32,000 nucleotides of DNA, taken from NCBI RefSeq assembly GCF_936981045.1, contig NZ_OW441264.1, positions 150,001 to 182,000 of the forward strand. The letters are read 5' to 3'. The position numbers were made by a program, and so were the translations under genes. The notes beneath the pieces are model-generated. The model was given only the letters and a program-made list of their open reading frames with translations. It was not told where the DNA came from and did no database searches. The DNA is from Candidatus Saccharimonadota bacterium. Its GTDB lineage: Bacteria; Bacteroidota; Bacteroidia; Cytophagales; Amoebophilaceae. Positions 17,155 to 25,728 of the stretch are shown here, piece after piece. Positions within the stretch are counted from its first letter, which is position 1; every line of letters starts with the position of its first letter.

Positions 17155-18501
17155 GGAAGTGTTCTATAAACTGTGTCAAGGTGATAAAAAGTTATAAATT
17201 AATTAAATAAACATTAAAGGTTTTAGACATGGAAGAAAATAAGAACAATTCCTATGTTGGTTTAGTAGATTACAAATTTCTGGAGGAAAATATTTTGTGC
17301 TCTATCCGTTTAGGTAAGCCTTTAACAGGAAAAGGTGGTGCTTTAACGCCTCTGATAAAAAAGCTTCTAGAGGCAAGTCTAGAAGGTGAAATGGCACACC
17401 ATTTATCTAGTGATTCAACAGAAAATAATAGAAGAAATGGAAAAAGCTCTAAAACTTTACGTACAAGTTCTGGTTCCTTTGATCTGCTAATTCCTAGGGA
17501 TAGGACAGGTAGTTTCGATCCACAAATAGTTAAAAAGCGTCAAACAAGCCTACATCCTGAGCTGGAAAGCAAGATCTTAAGCATGTTTTCTAGTGGTATG
17601 AGCTATAAATCTATAGCCGTTCATGTTGAAGAGATCTATGATCATAAAGTATCAGCTGCTGAAATATCATCTATTACAGATAGCTTGTTACCGATAATAA
17701 ATGAATGGCGTAACCGCCCTCTTCAATCAGTTTATCCGATAGTTTTCATGGATAGGATGTTTTTTAAGGTAAAAGAAGATGGCAGATGTGTAAGCAAATG
17801 CATGTATACCTTATTAGGCATAGATCAAGAGGGTAAAAAAGAAGTATTGGGATTTTATTTGTCTGAAAGTGAGGGGGCTAACTTCTGGTTGGGTGTACTT
17901 AACGAGCTTAAGGAAAGAGGTGTAGAAGATATCCTTATTGCCTGTGTTGATGGCCTAAAAAGCTTTCCTTCAGCCATAAATAGCGTTTTCCCTAATGCAC
18001 AAGTGCAGGTCTGTGTAGTACATCAGATACGAAACTCACTCAAGTACGTAGCTAGCAAAGACGTAAAACGTTTTTTAACTGATTTAAAGCAAATATATCA
18101 AGCTTCAAGTAAGGAAGTTGCTGAGCATTATCTATTGGAATTAGAAGAAAAATGGGGGGGGAAGTATCCAATGGTTACCAAATCTCGGCAAAATAATTGG
18201 GAACATTTGTCTGGTTATTTTAAGTATTCAGATTCTGTCAGAAGGCTAATTTATACCACCAATCCTATAGAAAGCTTGCATAGGCAGATTAGGAAGTTTA
18301 CCAAGACAAAAGGAGCGTTTACCAGTATAAATGCTTTGTATAAATTAGTATATTGTGCCATAAAGAAGATCGAGGATAAATGGACTATTCCGCTGCGAAA
18401 CTGGGCGTTGACCATATCTCAGATAGACATCTTTTTTCCCGGTAGATTAAAAGAGACGTTGAGATGAACAGGAGATGTGACACAGTTTATAGAACACTTC
18501 C
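17155..18501 (+). mobile_element. IS256-family insertion sequence, apparently intact (1347 bp)
   Basis: Perfect 24-bp terminal inverted repeats: GGAAGTGTTCTATAAACTGTGTCA at 17155-17178 and its complement at 18478-18501. A single uninterrupted transposase ORF. No target-site duplication is visible (flanks ..GCCGTATA / GAAGATAA..). Confidence 0.88.
17229..18467 (+). CDS. IS256-family (mutator-type) transposase
   Basis: 412-aa ORF with family hallmarks: RDRTGSFDPQIVKKRQ, IVFMDRMFFKV, LIACVDGLKSFPSAI and TTNPIESLHRQIRKFTK. Confidence 0.9.
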   Translation: MEENKNNSYVGLVDYKFLEENILCSIRLGKPLTGKGGALTPLIKKLLEASLEGEMAHHLSSDSTENNRRNGKSSKTLRTSSGSFDLLIPRDRTGSFDPQIVKKRQTSLHPELESKILSMFSSGMSYKSIAVHVEEIYDHKVSAAEISSITDSLLPIINEWRNRPLQSVYPIVFMDRMFFKVKEDGRCVSKCMYTLLGIDQEGKKEVLGFYLSESEGANFWLGVLNELKERGVEDILIACVDGLKSFPSAINSVFPNAQVQVCVVHQIRNSLKYVASKDVKRFLTDLKQIYQASSKEVAEHYLLELEEKWGGKYPMVTKSRQNNWEHLSGYFKYSDSVRRLIYTTNPIESLHRQIRKFTKTKGAFTSINALYKLVYCAIKKIEDKWTIPLRNWALTISQIDIFFPGRLKETLR

Positions 18502-18503
18502 GA

Positions 18504-18628
18504 AGATAAGGGCTACAGCGGCTCACCTAACAAAACCTTATTAAAGGATAAAGCCTTAAAATCAGCTATTCAGAAGAAAGCCACTAGAAATAATCCCTTA
18601 TCACCTACTGCCAAGAGGTTTAATAAAT
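18504..18628 (+). pseudogene. fragment of IS5-family transposase gene
   Basis: Near-identical to 27742-27858 of the IS5-family element (..DKGYSGSPNKTLLKDKALKSAIQKKATRNNPLSPTAKRFNK). It abuts the IS256 right end on one side and the truncated intron on the other. Confidence 0.85.
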
Positions 18629-18629
18629 T

Positions 18630-19782
18630 CTAGAGTAAAGAAATCGTTGGACACTTAAAATTAGGCATATCTATTGCTTCTGATTGCTCGCAATACAGTA
18701 GCTGACTAACTTGATTCTTCATTGTTTACCCATTCTCTTCTCATCCCACCGTACGTTCAGTTTTCCCGAATATGACGGTCCGACAGTCTTCTTCATAAAC
18801 CTTGCACAACTCTCTCAGGATACTTAATCATTCCACTACCAATGTACAACATCCCCATTGTATAGAGTTTGCTATTGGGATAGCTTTTCCACCCACACCC
18901 ACGGCCTTTTCTTCTATGGGTTAAGTATCTGCGAAATCGGTTATTAATAAAGTCCTGCAATCTAACAAAAGCTTCACTCGCATTCGTATGTTTAAAATAG
19001 TTAACCCATCCTAACACTACTGGTTTTATTTGCTCGATGAATGTTTGAGGTTTGATTGGTGCTCTTCTACAAGTCAGGTATTTTAGTCTGTTACGGATGC
19101 TTTGTTGGGATTGTTTCGTTGGAAATACATAAATGCTATTTCTGCCACTTGTTGGACTCTTTACTTTTTACAAAGTAAAAACCTATGAAGTTAAAGCCTT
19201 CTTTCAGTTTCGTTATTCGTGTCTTTTGGTGGTTAATAATGAGCGATAACCTCTTTACTAATTCTGTGAATTTCTCCAGCGCTAAGCTAGCACTCTTACG
19301 ACATACCAAAATTGCATCATCACAATACCTATGCAAGGTTGCGCTTAGCTTTTCTGGATACCCCCTTGAGTGCCACACTTGGTCTATAACATTTAGGTAG
19401 ATATTACTATACAACGGTGATATTGGTGATCCTTGCGGTACTCCAACTTTCTTGCATGTAATTTTACCTTGTTTTACTATTGACGTTGTTAGGGTTTGTT
19501 TAATTAGCTTCAACATACTGCCATCTGCTATCCTTTTACTAATAAGTTTTAATAACTTTTCGTGTGGGATGCTAATAAAGTATGATTGAAAATCAATCTC
19601 AACTACGCCCCATGCCTGCTGGTATAGATCTTCTCGGATCACTAAACTCGCTTGTTTGGCTCCTCGTTTCGGTCTATAGCCGTATGAACATTCATGAAAA
19701 TCAGCCTCGAAGATCGGTTCAATCTAGACTCCCGAAATAGACAAATTAGAGTCAGGGGACTTACACCCCATTTGTTGCACAC
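18630..19782 (-). mobile_element. group II intron remnant (copy 2): 799-bp internal deletion, extra frameshift, 3' end clipped
   Basis: Collinear with 9725-11674 except that the equivalent of 10817-11615 is missing (junction at 19723/19724). An extra A near 19162 splits the RT ORF (19136-19642 and 18793-19017). The last 2 nt of the intron are missing. Confidence 0.85.
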
Positions 19783-20461
19783 CTGTGCCGGCGTGCAATG
19801 GCTGCAGACTTAAAACACTTAAAACTAAGCATAGGTTTTAGCCGTTTTTTGATAAACCTATGATCTTGTTCAACTCTATTATTCAAGTATTTGTTTTGAA
19901 ATATTTGAATGGTATGATCTTGATCAAGTTCTGTATTGATCGTATCAAGGGCAGCTTTATTACTACCGCTTTTGTCAATTACTACTTTCTTAGGAATATT
20001 ATTTTCTGTAATCGCCTTACGAAAAAAAGAAAAAGCTACAGACTTGTCTCTATGCTCAGATAGAAAAAAGTCAACTGTATCACCATAACGATCTACTGCT
20101 CTATATAAATAGATCCACTTCCCGTTTAGTTTAACATAGGTTTCATCCATTCTCCAACTACCACCAACTGGTCGTTTTCTTTTGCTTACTGCTTCATCTA
20201 TTAAGAGGAACAAACTTAATAACCCATCTTTGTAGCGTAGAATGATCAACTCTTGCGCCTCTCATACGCATCATCTCTTCCAAATCTCTATAGCTCAAGG
20301 AAAAACGACACTTCATCTAGACAAATAACAGGATGACTTCTGCTGAAGAACAATAGCCTTTAAAATAAGGTAATAATTTGGGCGAAATATTAAACATAAT
20401 AACTACTTTTTTAACTGAAGATACTAAAATAATGATTTTTTAGAATAAACGCGACAAAACC
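19783..20461 (-). mobile_element. IS6-family element remnant (copy 2): transposase 5' exon only, pseudogene
   Basis: Same intron insertion point, in-frame TAG and frameshift as copy 1, but it retains the ~200 bp deleted in copy 1, including ...NNRVEQDHRFIKKRLKPMLSFKCFKSAAIA. It ends at the inner IR-like GGTTTTGTCGCG (20461). The 3' exon and the other IS end are absent. Confidence 0.8.
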
Positions 20462-20712
20462 AAAAATATTGTAATCCCCAACCAGCGTTATGAATATAAG
20501 CTAATGAAATATGTCTAACATTAGGTAACCCATACGAATCCTTATATTTTTTTTGTAACTTTATAGCTTGTAAGGCAAGGCTGACTATTCAGTTCTGAGC
20601 ACTTATGTAGAAGTCGTATATTTAATTTCATTTTTTAACTACGTAAAGCAGCATCAAACGAGTAGTTTAATAGCTGTTTTCAAGTAATCATAAAAGTCAA
20701 CACCTTCCCCTT

Positions 20713-22485
20713 ATGAATGCAACAGAAGGAGTTTTCAACTGGGATCAATATGACAAGGCTGGTAAATTAGGCAGTGCATATACAGATCAAAAAAGAGCAG
20801 ATATTGCCGCAATATATGAAACTACCTTAAGCGCTATTAGCCAGTATGAAGTAATAAAAGGGTCTGTGATAAGCATCACCAATAAAGATGTTATTGTAGG
20901 TGTTGGGTACAAGTCCGATGGTTTAATTTCTGTCTCTGAGTTTAGGGATCTGCCTGAATTAAAACCAGGTGACGAGGTTGAAGTATATATAGAAGAAACA
21001 GAAAATGCCAAAGGTCAATTGGTTCTTTCTCGTAAAAAAGCAAAATTAGTAAGAGCTTGGGAGAAAATTCAGCATGCATTGGAACATGGGGAGGTATTAG
21101 AAGGACTTGTCAAACGTAGAACTAAAGGAGGATTGATTGTAGAGGTCTGTGATATTGAAACCTTTTTACCTGGTTCACAAATTGACATTAGGCCTGTTTT
21201 AGACTTTGATGTTTTTGTAGGTAAAACCATTGATGTAGTGGTTATTAAAATCAATCATGCCAATGATAATGTGGTTGTTTCCCATAAAGCACTAACTGAG
21301 AAAAAACTAGAAGGACAGAAACTCGAAATCATGAGTAAGCTTGAAAAAGGTCAAATTCTAGAGGGCTATGTAAAAAACATCACTAAATTTGGTGCTTTTA
21401 TTGATTTAGGGGGGGTAGATGGCTTACTCCATAAGTTAGATATGGCCTGGAGTAGGGTCAACCATCCAGAGGAGCTGTTTACGCTTGGCCAAAAGCTAAG
21501 TGTAGTGGTCATTGGTTTTAATGAAGATAAAAAGCGTATTTCTTTGGGCTTGAAGCAGCTTCAAGGCCATCCATGGGATGCCCTTCCAGAGACGGTGCAA
21601 GTAGGATCCACCATTAAGGGCACCATAACCAATATTGCTGATTATGGCCTTTTTATAGAATTGATGCCAGGTGTTGAAGGTTTTGTATATGTTTTAGATA
21701 TTTCATGGTCACAATATTTGCGTGATACCAATGAATATTACAAAATAGGTGATACCATTGATACCTATATATTGTCATTGGATCGGAAGAATCATAAAAT
21801 ATCTTTGGGCATCAAGCAATTAACTGGAGATCCGTGGGAACATGATACATTCTTATCTACTTATGCAGTAGGGACCACCCATGAAGGTATTGCGCGCAAT
21901 CTGACCCACTTTGGTGCTTTTATAGAGCTAGAACCAGGTATTGAAGGTCTGTTGCACGTTTCTCGTCTTTCTGGTACTAAACGGGTGGCACACCCTGCTG
22001 ACGTGTTGAAATTGGGTGAAAAATTAGAAACGATCGTATTAGGTATTAATCGGGAAAACAGGCGCCTCTCACTTGGATTAAAGCAGAGAAATTCATGGGA
22101 TGCCTGTGAAAAGATTTTCCAAATAGGTACGCTACATAAAGGTACTGTACTGAAAAAGACTCCAGGTCGTGGGGCAATGGTTGAATTGGCGCATGGTATA
22201 GAAGGTCATGTGCCGCAGCAGCATTTAATTAAATCAGATGGTAGGGAAGCAGAAGTTGGAGAGGAGTTAGATTTTGAAGTAATCAAATTTTCTAAAGGAG
22301 ATAAAAAAATAATTTTGTCATATCAAATTCTTTTTAATCCAGAAATGGAAACTAAAGTTGAGGGCAAAACAAAAGGGGATACAAAAGGAAAAATAGAGGA
22401 AGCACCATCTGCTAAAGGGTTTGAAGCTTTTGCTGACTTGAAAGAAAAATTAGAACAGAACACAAAAGGAGAAGAGAAAGGGTAG
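20713..22485 (+). CDS. rpsA: 30S ribosomal protein S1
   Basis: 590-aa ORF made of six S1 (OB-fold) repeats, with recurring G.V..I...GAFI.L..G..G..H motifs and an acidic/Lys-rich tail. Confidence 0.93.
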   Translation: MNATEGVFNWDQYDKAGKLGSAYTDQKRADIAAIYETTLSAISQYEVIKGSVISITNKDVIVGVGYKSDGLISVSEFRDLPELKPGDEVEVYIEETENAKGQLVLSRKKAKLVRAWEKIQHALEHGEVLEGLVKRRTKGGLIVEVCDIETFLPGSQIDIRPVLDFDVFVGKTIDVVVIKINHANDNVVVSHKALTEKKLEGQKLEIMSKLEKGQILEGYVKNITKFGAFIDLGGVDGLLHKLDMAWSRVNHPEELFTLGQKLSVVVIGFNEDKKRISLGLKQLQGHPWDALPETVQVGSTIKGTITNIADYGLFIELMPGVEGFVYVLDISWSQYLRDTNEYYKIGDTIDTYILSLDRKNHKISLGIKQLTGDPWEHDTFLSTYAVGTTHEGIARNLTHFGAFIELEPGIEGLLHVSRLSGTKRVAHPADVLKLGEKLETIVLGINRENRRLSLGLKQRNSWDACEKIFQIGTLHKGTVLKKTPGRGAMVELAHGIEGHVPQQHLIKSDGREAEVGEELDFEVIKFSKGDKKIILSYQILFNPEMETKVEGKTKGDTKGKIEEAPSAKGFEAFADLKEKLEQNTKGEEKG

Positions 22486-22497
22486 TTGCTGTATTTG

Positions 22498-22568
22498 GGT
22501 CGCGTGGCCGAGTGGTTAGGCGGAGGTCTGCAAAACCTCTTACGGTGGTTCAACCCCACTCGCGACCT
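22498..22568 (+). tRNA. tRNA-Cys (anticodon GCA)
   Basis: 71-nt cloverleaf: acceptor GGTCGCG/CGCGACC, anticodon stem GAGGT/ACCTC with loop CTGCAAA, T arm GGTGG-TTCAACC-CCACT. Confidence 0.85.
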
Positions 22569-22641
22569 CTTACCTATCCACTTTGAATGGTTCTTTCTAT
22601 CTGCTCATAGACATCTATTTGGTAGTTGCTTTCGCTTTTTT

Positions 22642-22725
22642 ACCTGAGTGGCGGAATGGGTAGACGCGTTGGTCTCAAAAACCAATGATAGTGATATCGT
22701 GCCGGTTCGATTCCGGCCTCAGGTA
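22642..22725 (+). tRNA. tRNA-Leu (anticodon CAA)
   Basis: 84-nt class II tRNA: acceptor ACCTGAG/CTCAGGT, anticodon stem TTGGT/ACCAA with loop CTCAAAA, a long variable arm, and T arm GCCGG-TTCGATT-CCGGC. Confidence 0.85.
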
Positions 22726-23088
22726 CTATTAAGTGCTATGTTATTCGTGCAGGGTTAATGGAAGGATTTGCCCCACGCTTTGATCAAGCAATAAGTAAGA
22801 TATAAAAATATTTTTTTGCTTTGGGTGTGAGCAGCGATAGTGAAGGAGCTATCTAATACCAGTTTTATTTTTGTAATTCTATTGGGCTTTGTTTATAATT
22901 AAATTATAGTTTATTCGCTTTGGAGGCTTCCCAAAATTAGAGCATTGCTGCTTCTATTGTTTGCCATGCAAATGTATAAAGTTGTAACTTTGAAGCGAAG
23001 TAAAGAACTTTACTTGAAGTGAGGCATTAGCCAAAAGCCGTACATTACGCAATTGGTTTATGTAGGAAACTTTTGATTGTATAGAGTC

Positions 23089-23814
23089 ATGAAAAGAAAT
23101 GAAATACTCAATCTAAATGATTGGAACTTGCATCAACTTACAAGAGCGGTGTCTGAAACGCCAAAAGAAATAAAACATACTTGGCCAAAGATACAGGAGG
23201 CGTATTCATGGGCAGAAAGGATTGCAAGACAAGCAAATTCAAAAATGTTCAAGCATTCCCTAAGGGCATCTATCGAGGTAGCTATGATTGCTGTTATGGA
23301 GCTGTCTTTGGGTCTTCCTGGTGTTATTACTGCGATCTTAGCGCCACCTTTCTTACAAGGCTTAGTCCAGAAAGCAACCATTCAAAAGCGTTTTGGCTTA
23401 AAAATAGTCTCTATATTAGTGGAGCTGAATAGATTAAAGCGTTACAAATTGTACCGTGGTGCCATGCTTAACGGTCAGAATGCTTCTGATCTAGCCGTTG
23501 TCCGTATTGTAGCCATCTTACTGCAAATTTGTGATATCGTTCGTGTAAGCTATAGGGGGGTGCCATTGGGAAGTTTAGATTCAGAATTGATCTACTATTC
23601 CAGTAGTAAACTTTTCCTTGATCTAAAATGTTTTTATATTCCATTTTCGCATAGAATGCGGTTATATAACATTCAAGCCAAATTAGCAGATTTTTGGTTC
23701 AAACATACAGATACCCTTGGTTATTATTCCATTACTGCGGAGCTGGGCATGACCAAGCTTCAAAGACAGCAAACTATAACTAATATATATATGACTGGTT
23801 CACAATATGTCTAA
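23089..23814 (+). pseudogene. relA/spoT-family remnant: N-terminal HD-domain region only, catalytic motifs lost
   Basis: The 241-aa ORF aligns by eye to the first ~240 aa of Bacteroidetes RelA/SpoT. Pairs (ORF vs family): HSLRASIEVA vs HPLAVA; FGLKIVSILVELNRL vs FG..VA.LVDGVTKL; FYIPFSHRMRLYNIQAKLADFWFKHTD vs IYAPLAHRLGLY.IK.ELEDL.FK. The HD dyad region reads ILAPPFLQG and the ADRLHN motif reads QICDIV. The synthetase, TGS and ACT parts are absent. Confidence 0.6.
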
Positions 23815-23823
23815 TCCCGAACT
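23810..23823 (-). repeat. solo MITE-like terminus (14 bp) supplying the stop codon of the relA/spoT remnant
   Basis: TCTAATCCCGAACT equals the inner-to-outer sequence of the MITE end (..AATCTAATCCCGAACTCACGT). The TAA at 23812-23814 lies inside it. Confidence 0.5.
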
Positions 23824-23986
23824 GAGGTGAGTACTAAATGGTAGTACCTATTTAGCGGTATGGCCGTTCCACGAAAAAAATAAAAAAACCACCTCCTTAA
23901 AAAAGTTGCAATCAGAAAGTGCAGCTTGCAGTTGAAAAGAAAAATAATTGAAATAGGGGCTGAAAGGTGGCTTCTGCTTTTCTCGA

Positions 23987-24068
23987 TGTAAGGGGGGATT
24001 TCAGAAACTTTTTACACAGGGCCTGATTTATATCACACTTTTTTCTTGATAAAAAAGTGTGATATAAA
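23987..24068 (+). repeat. short dispersed repeat family 2, copy C
   Basis: GTAAGGGGGGATTTCAGAAACTTTTTACACAGGGCCTGATTTA is homologous to 13329-13370. It is followed by the hairpin at 24027-24068. Confidence 0.65.
24027..24068 (-). terminator. perfect 18-bp-stem hairpin, candidate terminator of the MCF-NTT unit
   Basis: TTTATATCACACTTTTTT, loop CTTGAT, then AAAAAAGTGTGATATAAA. It starts 6 bp after the NTT stop codon (24074-24076). Confidence 0.6.
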
Positions 24069-24073
24069 TGCCT

Positions 24074-25606
24074 TTATTTAGCCTTGGTTAAGCTTGGCCT
24101 GAAAATTGGACAGTTTGCCTTGTTGATTAGGCTATGGTATTTTTTTGAGAGCATGCAAACTGCTGTCATCCAAACGATGCAAATAAACAAAAATATTACC
24201 ATTAAAAATGGCGCCAGTTGATTGGGCTGTGCAGAAGTGAAAATAGTATAAAAGATAACTTGTAAAATAGCCCCCGCAGATTTCCCTATTTTTCCACCTA
24301 ATATATCAACCGCTGCTTTTCCTTTTGTGCCCATTTCACAGTCTAAGGGAATGTAAACCATCTCTTTGGTTACATCAAAAAAACAATATTTAGTTCCCTT
24401 AGCTAATACGTTTTGTAGACCACCAATGGTTACAATAACAGCTAAAGTGGATATACCCATTATAGTCTCTGATAAAAAGTTGTAATGCGTGGCAATGATA
24501 AGCAGGAAAAAACAGCCTCCCACTATAAGTGTTGTAACAGGTGTAATCAGTGCTGCACCTAACCAACTTAGCTTTCGAATCACTACATTACCAAAACAAG
24601 AACAAGACAATGTACAAACGCCTGTCCAGAATAAGACCTTACCTTGGTAAGTAATAAAACTTGTAGGATCTTTCTTATAAAAAAGACTGGTTTCATAAAA
24701 CCAGAGGCCTTCTATTAAGTGTACAACCATAGAGTAAGAGATCATTAATACACAAATTAATGCAAGGTATTTAGATGTGGAAATCATTTTAAAACTTTTA
24801 TATAGTCCTAATTGTAATGTGGTAGCTGGCCTGGCTGGTACCCTTTGACTGTAGATAATATACTTTTCGATATACTTGTGTAAAAGTAGAATAAAGAGAC
24901 ATAAGGAGGTAATAACGATCATCAGCGTGGCTATTTTTGATGCTGCTTCCATTTTATAGCTATCTGTAAAGCGTAATAAAAAATGATCGGTATGCGAAAA
25001 GTATACTATGATAGTGCCGGAAATAAGTAGATTGGCTTGTCCAATCAAGTTGAAAAAGAAGTAAAACCGACCCGCTTCTTCTGTTGTAGTTATTTTATTG
25101 GCCAACTGCCAATATAACAGGGTAAAAACAATCATGGGCCACAGTTCACCTAGCATGTAGAAGAGTATTAATGTCCACTTACCCCACATGATAAAGAACC
25201 ATTTAAAATGAGGATAAAGCTTAATGTAAGCATCTACCCTACAAGGATCGGGATGTAATAGCGTTTGATAAGGAAACAAAAAAAAGCCGAATAGAATAAA
25301 AAAAAAGAGAAAAAAAAGTATAATGCCTCTAAAAATATTTTCTGTTGTGACCTGATTACATAAGATGGTATAGATCACTACAAATAAAATCCCTGCGGGC
25401 ATTTCAACAAATAGTTTAATAAAGCTCAATACTTCTGCTCCTATTAAGGTAACGACAAGACCATCTTTTATGCCACGGATTAAATTTTGATTCAACAAAA
25501 TAAGAAACATTAAGATGGCCATAGAAAAAAATTTTTGCAGCGCACTGCCCTTAATAGGCCAGTGCATAAGGTGCCATTTTTTTAGTAGGACGCTTATTTG
25601 TTTCAT
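24074..25606 (-). CDS. NTT/Tlc-type nucleotide (ATP/ADP) translocase
   Basis: 510 aa from ATG 25606 (the ORF opens at 25735). About 12 TM segments. Family hallmarks: WPIKGSALQKFFSMAILMFLILLNQNLIRGIKDGLVVT, LHPDP, MLGELWPMIVFTLLYWQLANKITTTEEAGRFYFFFNLIG and CFFDVTKEMVYIPLD. Confidence 0.88.
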   Translation of the reverse strand: MKQISVLLKKWHLMHWPIKGSALQKFFSMAILMFLILLNQNLIRGIKDGLVVTLIGAEVLSFIKLFVEMPAGILFVVIYTILCNQVTTENIFRGIILFFLFFFILFGFFLFPYQTLLHPDPCRVDAYIKLYPHFKWFFIMWGKWTLILFYMLGELWPMIVFTLLYWQLANKITTTEEAGRFYFFFNLIGQANLLISGTIIVYFSHTDHFLLRFTDSYKMEAASKIATLMIVITSLCLFILLLHKYIEKYIIYSQRVPARPATTLQLGLYKSFKMISTSKYLALICVLMISYSMVVHLIEGLWFYETSLFYKKDPTSFITYQGKVLFWTGVCTLSCSCFGNVVIRKLSWLGAALITPVTTLIVGGCFFLLIIATHYNFLSETIMGISTLAVIVTIGGLQNVLAKGTKYCFFDVTKEMVYIPLDCEMGTKGKAAVDILGGKIGKSAGAILQVIFYTIFTSAQPNQLAPFLMVIFLFICIVWMTAVCMLSKKYHSLINKANCPIFRPSLTKAK

Positions 25607-25728
25607 ATTGATTTTAAGTTTATTAAACGGGTATCCGTTCAGCCTTCTGGTCATACTACCCAAAAACAAGCAAAAAATAGCGTACAAATTCCTTTTATCA
25701 AAAAAAATAGGATACATCATTCTTAACC

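Noticed and set aside
22323-22559. 78-aa ORF (-) spanning the rpsA 3' end and tRNA-Cys.
   Set aside because: It overlaps a well-folded tRNA and the conserved rpsA tail on the other strand.
22481-22630. 10-bp repeat GGTAGTTGCT located 7 nt upstream of tRNA-Cys and 11 nt upstream of tRNA-Leu.
   Set aside because: It might be a processing or duplication scar, but 10 bp is too short to support a claim. The first copy also overlaps the rpsA stop codon.
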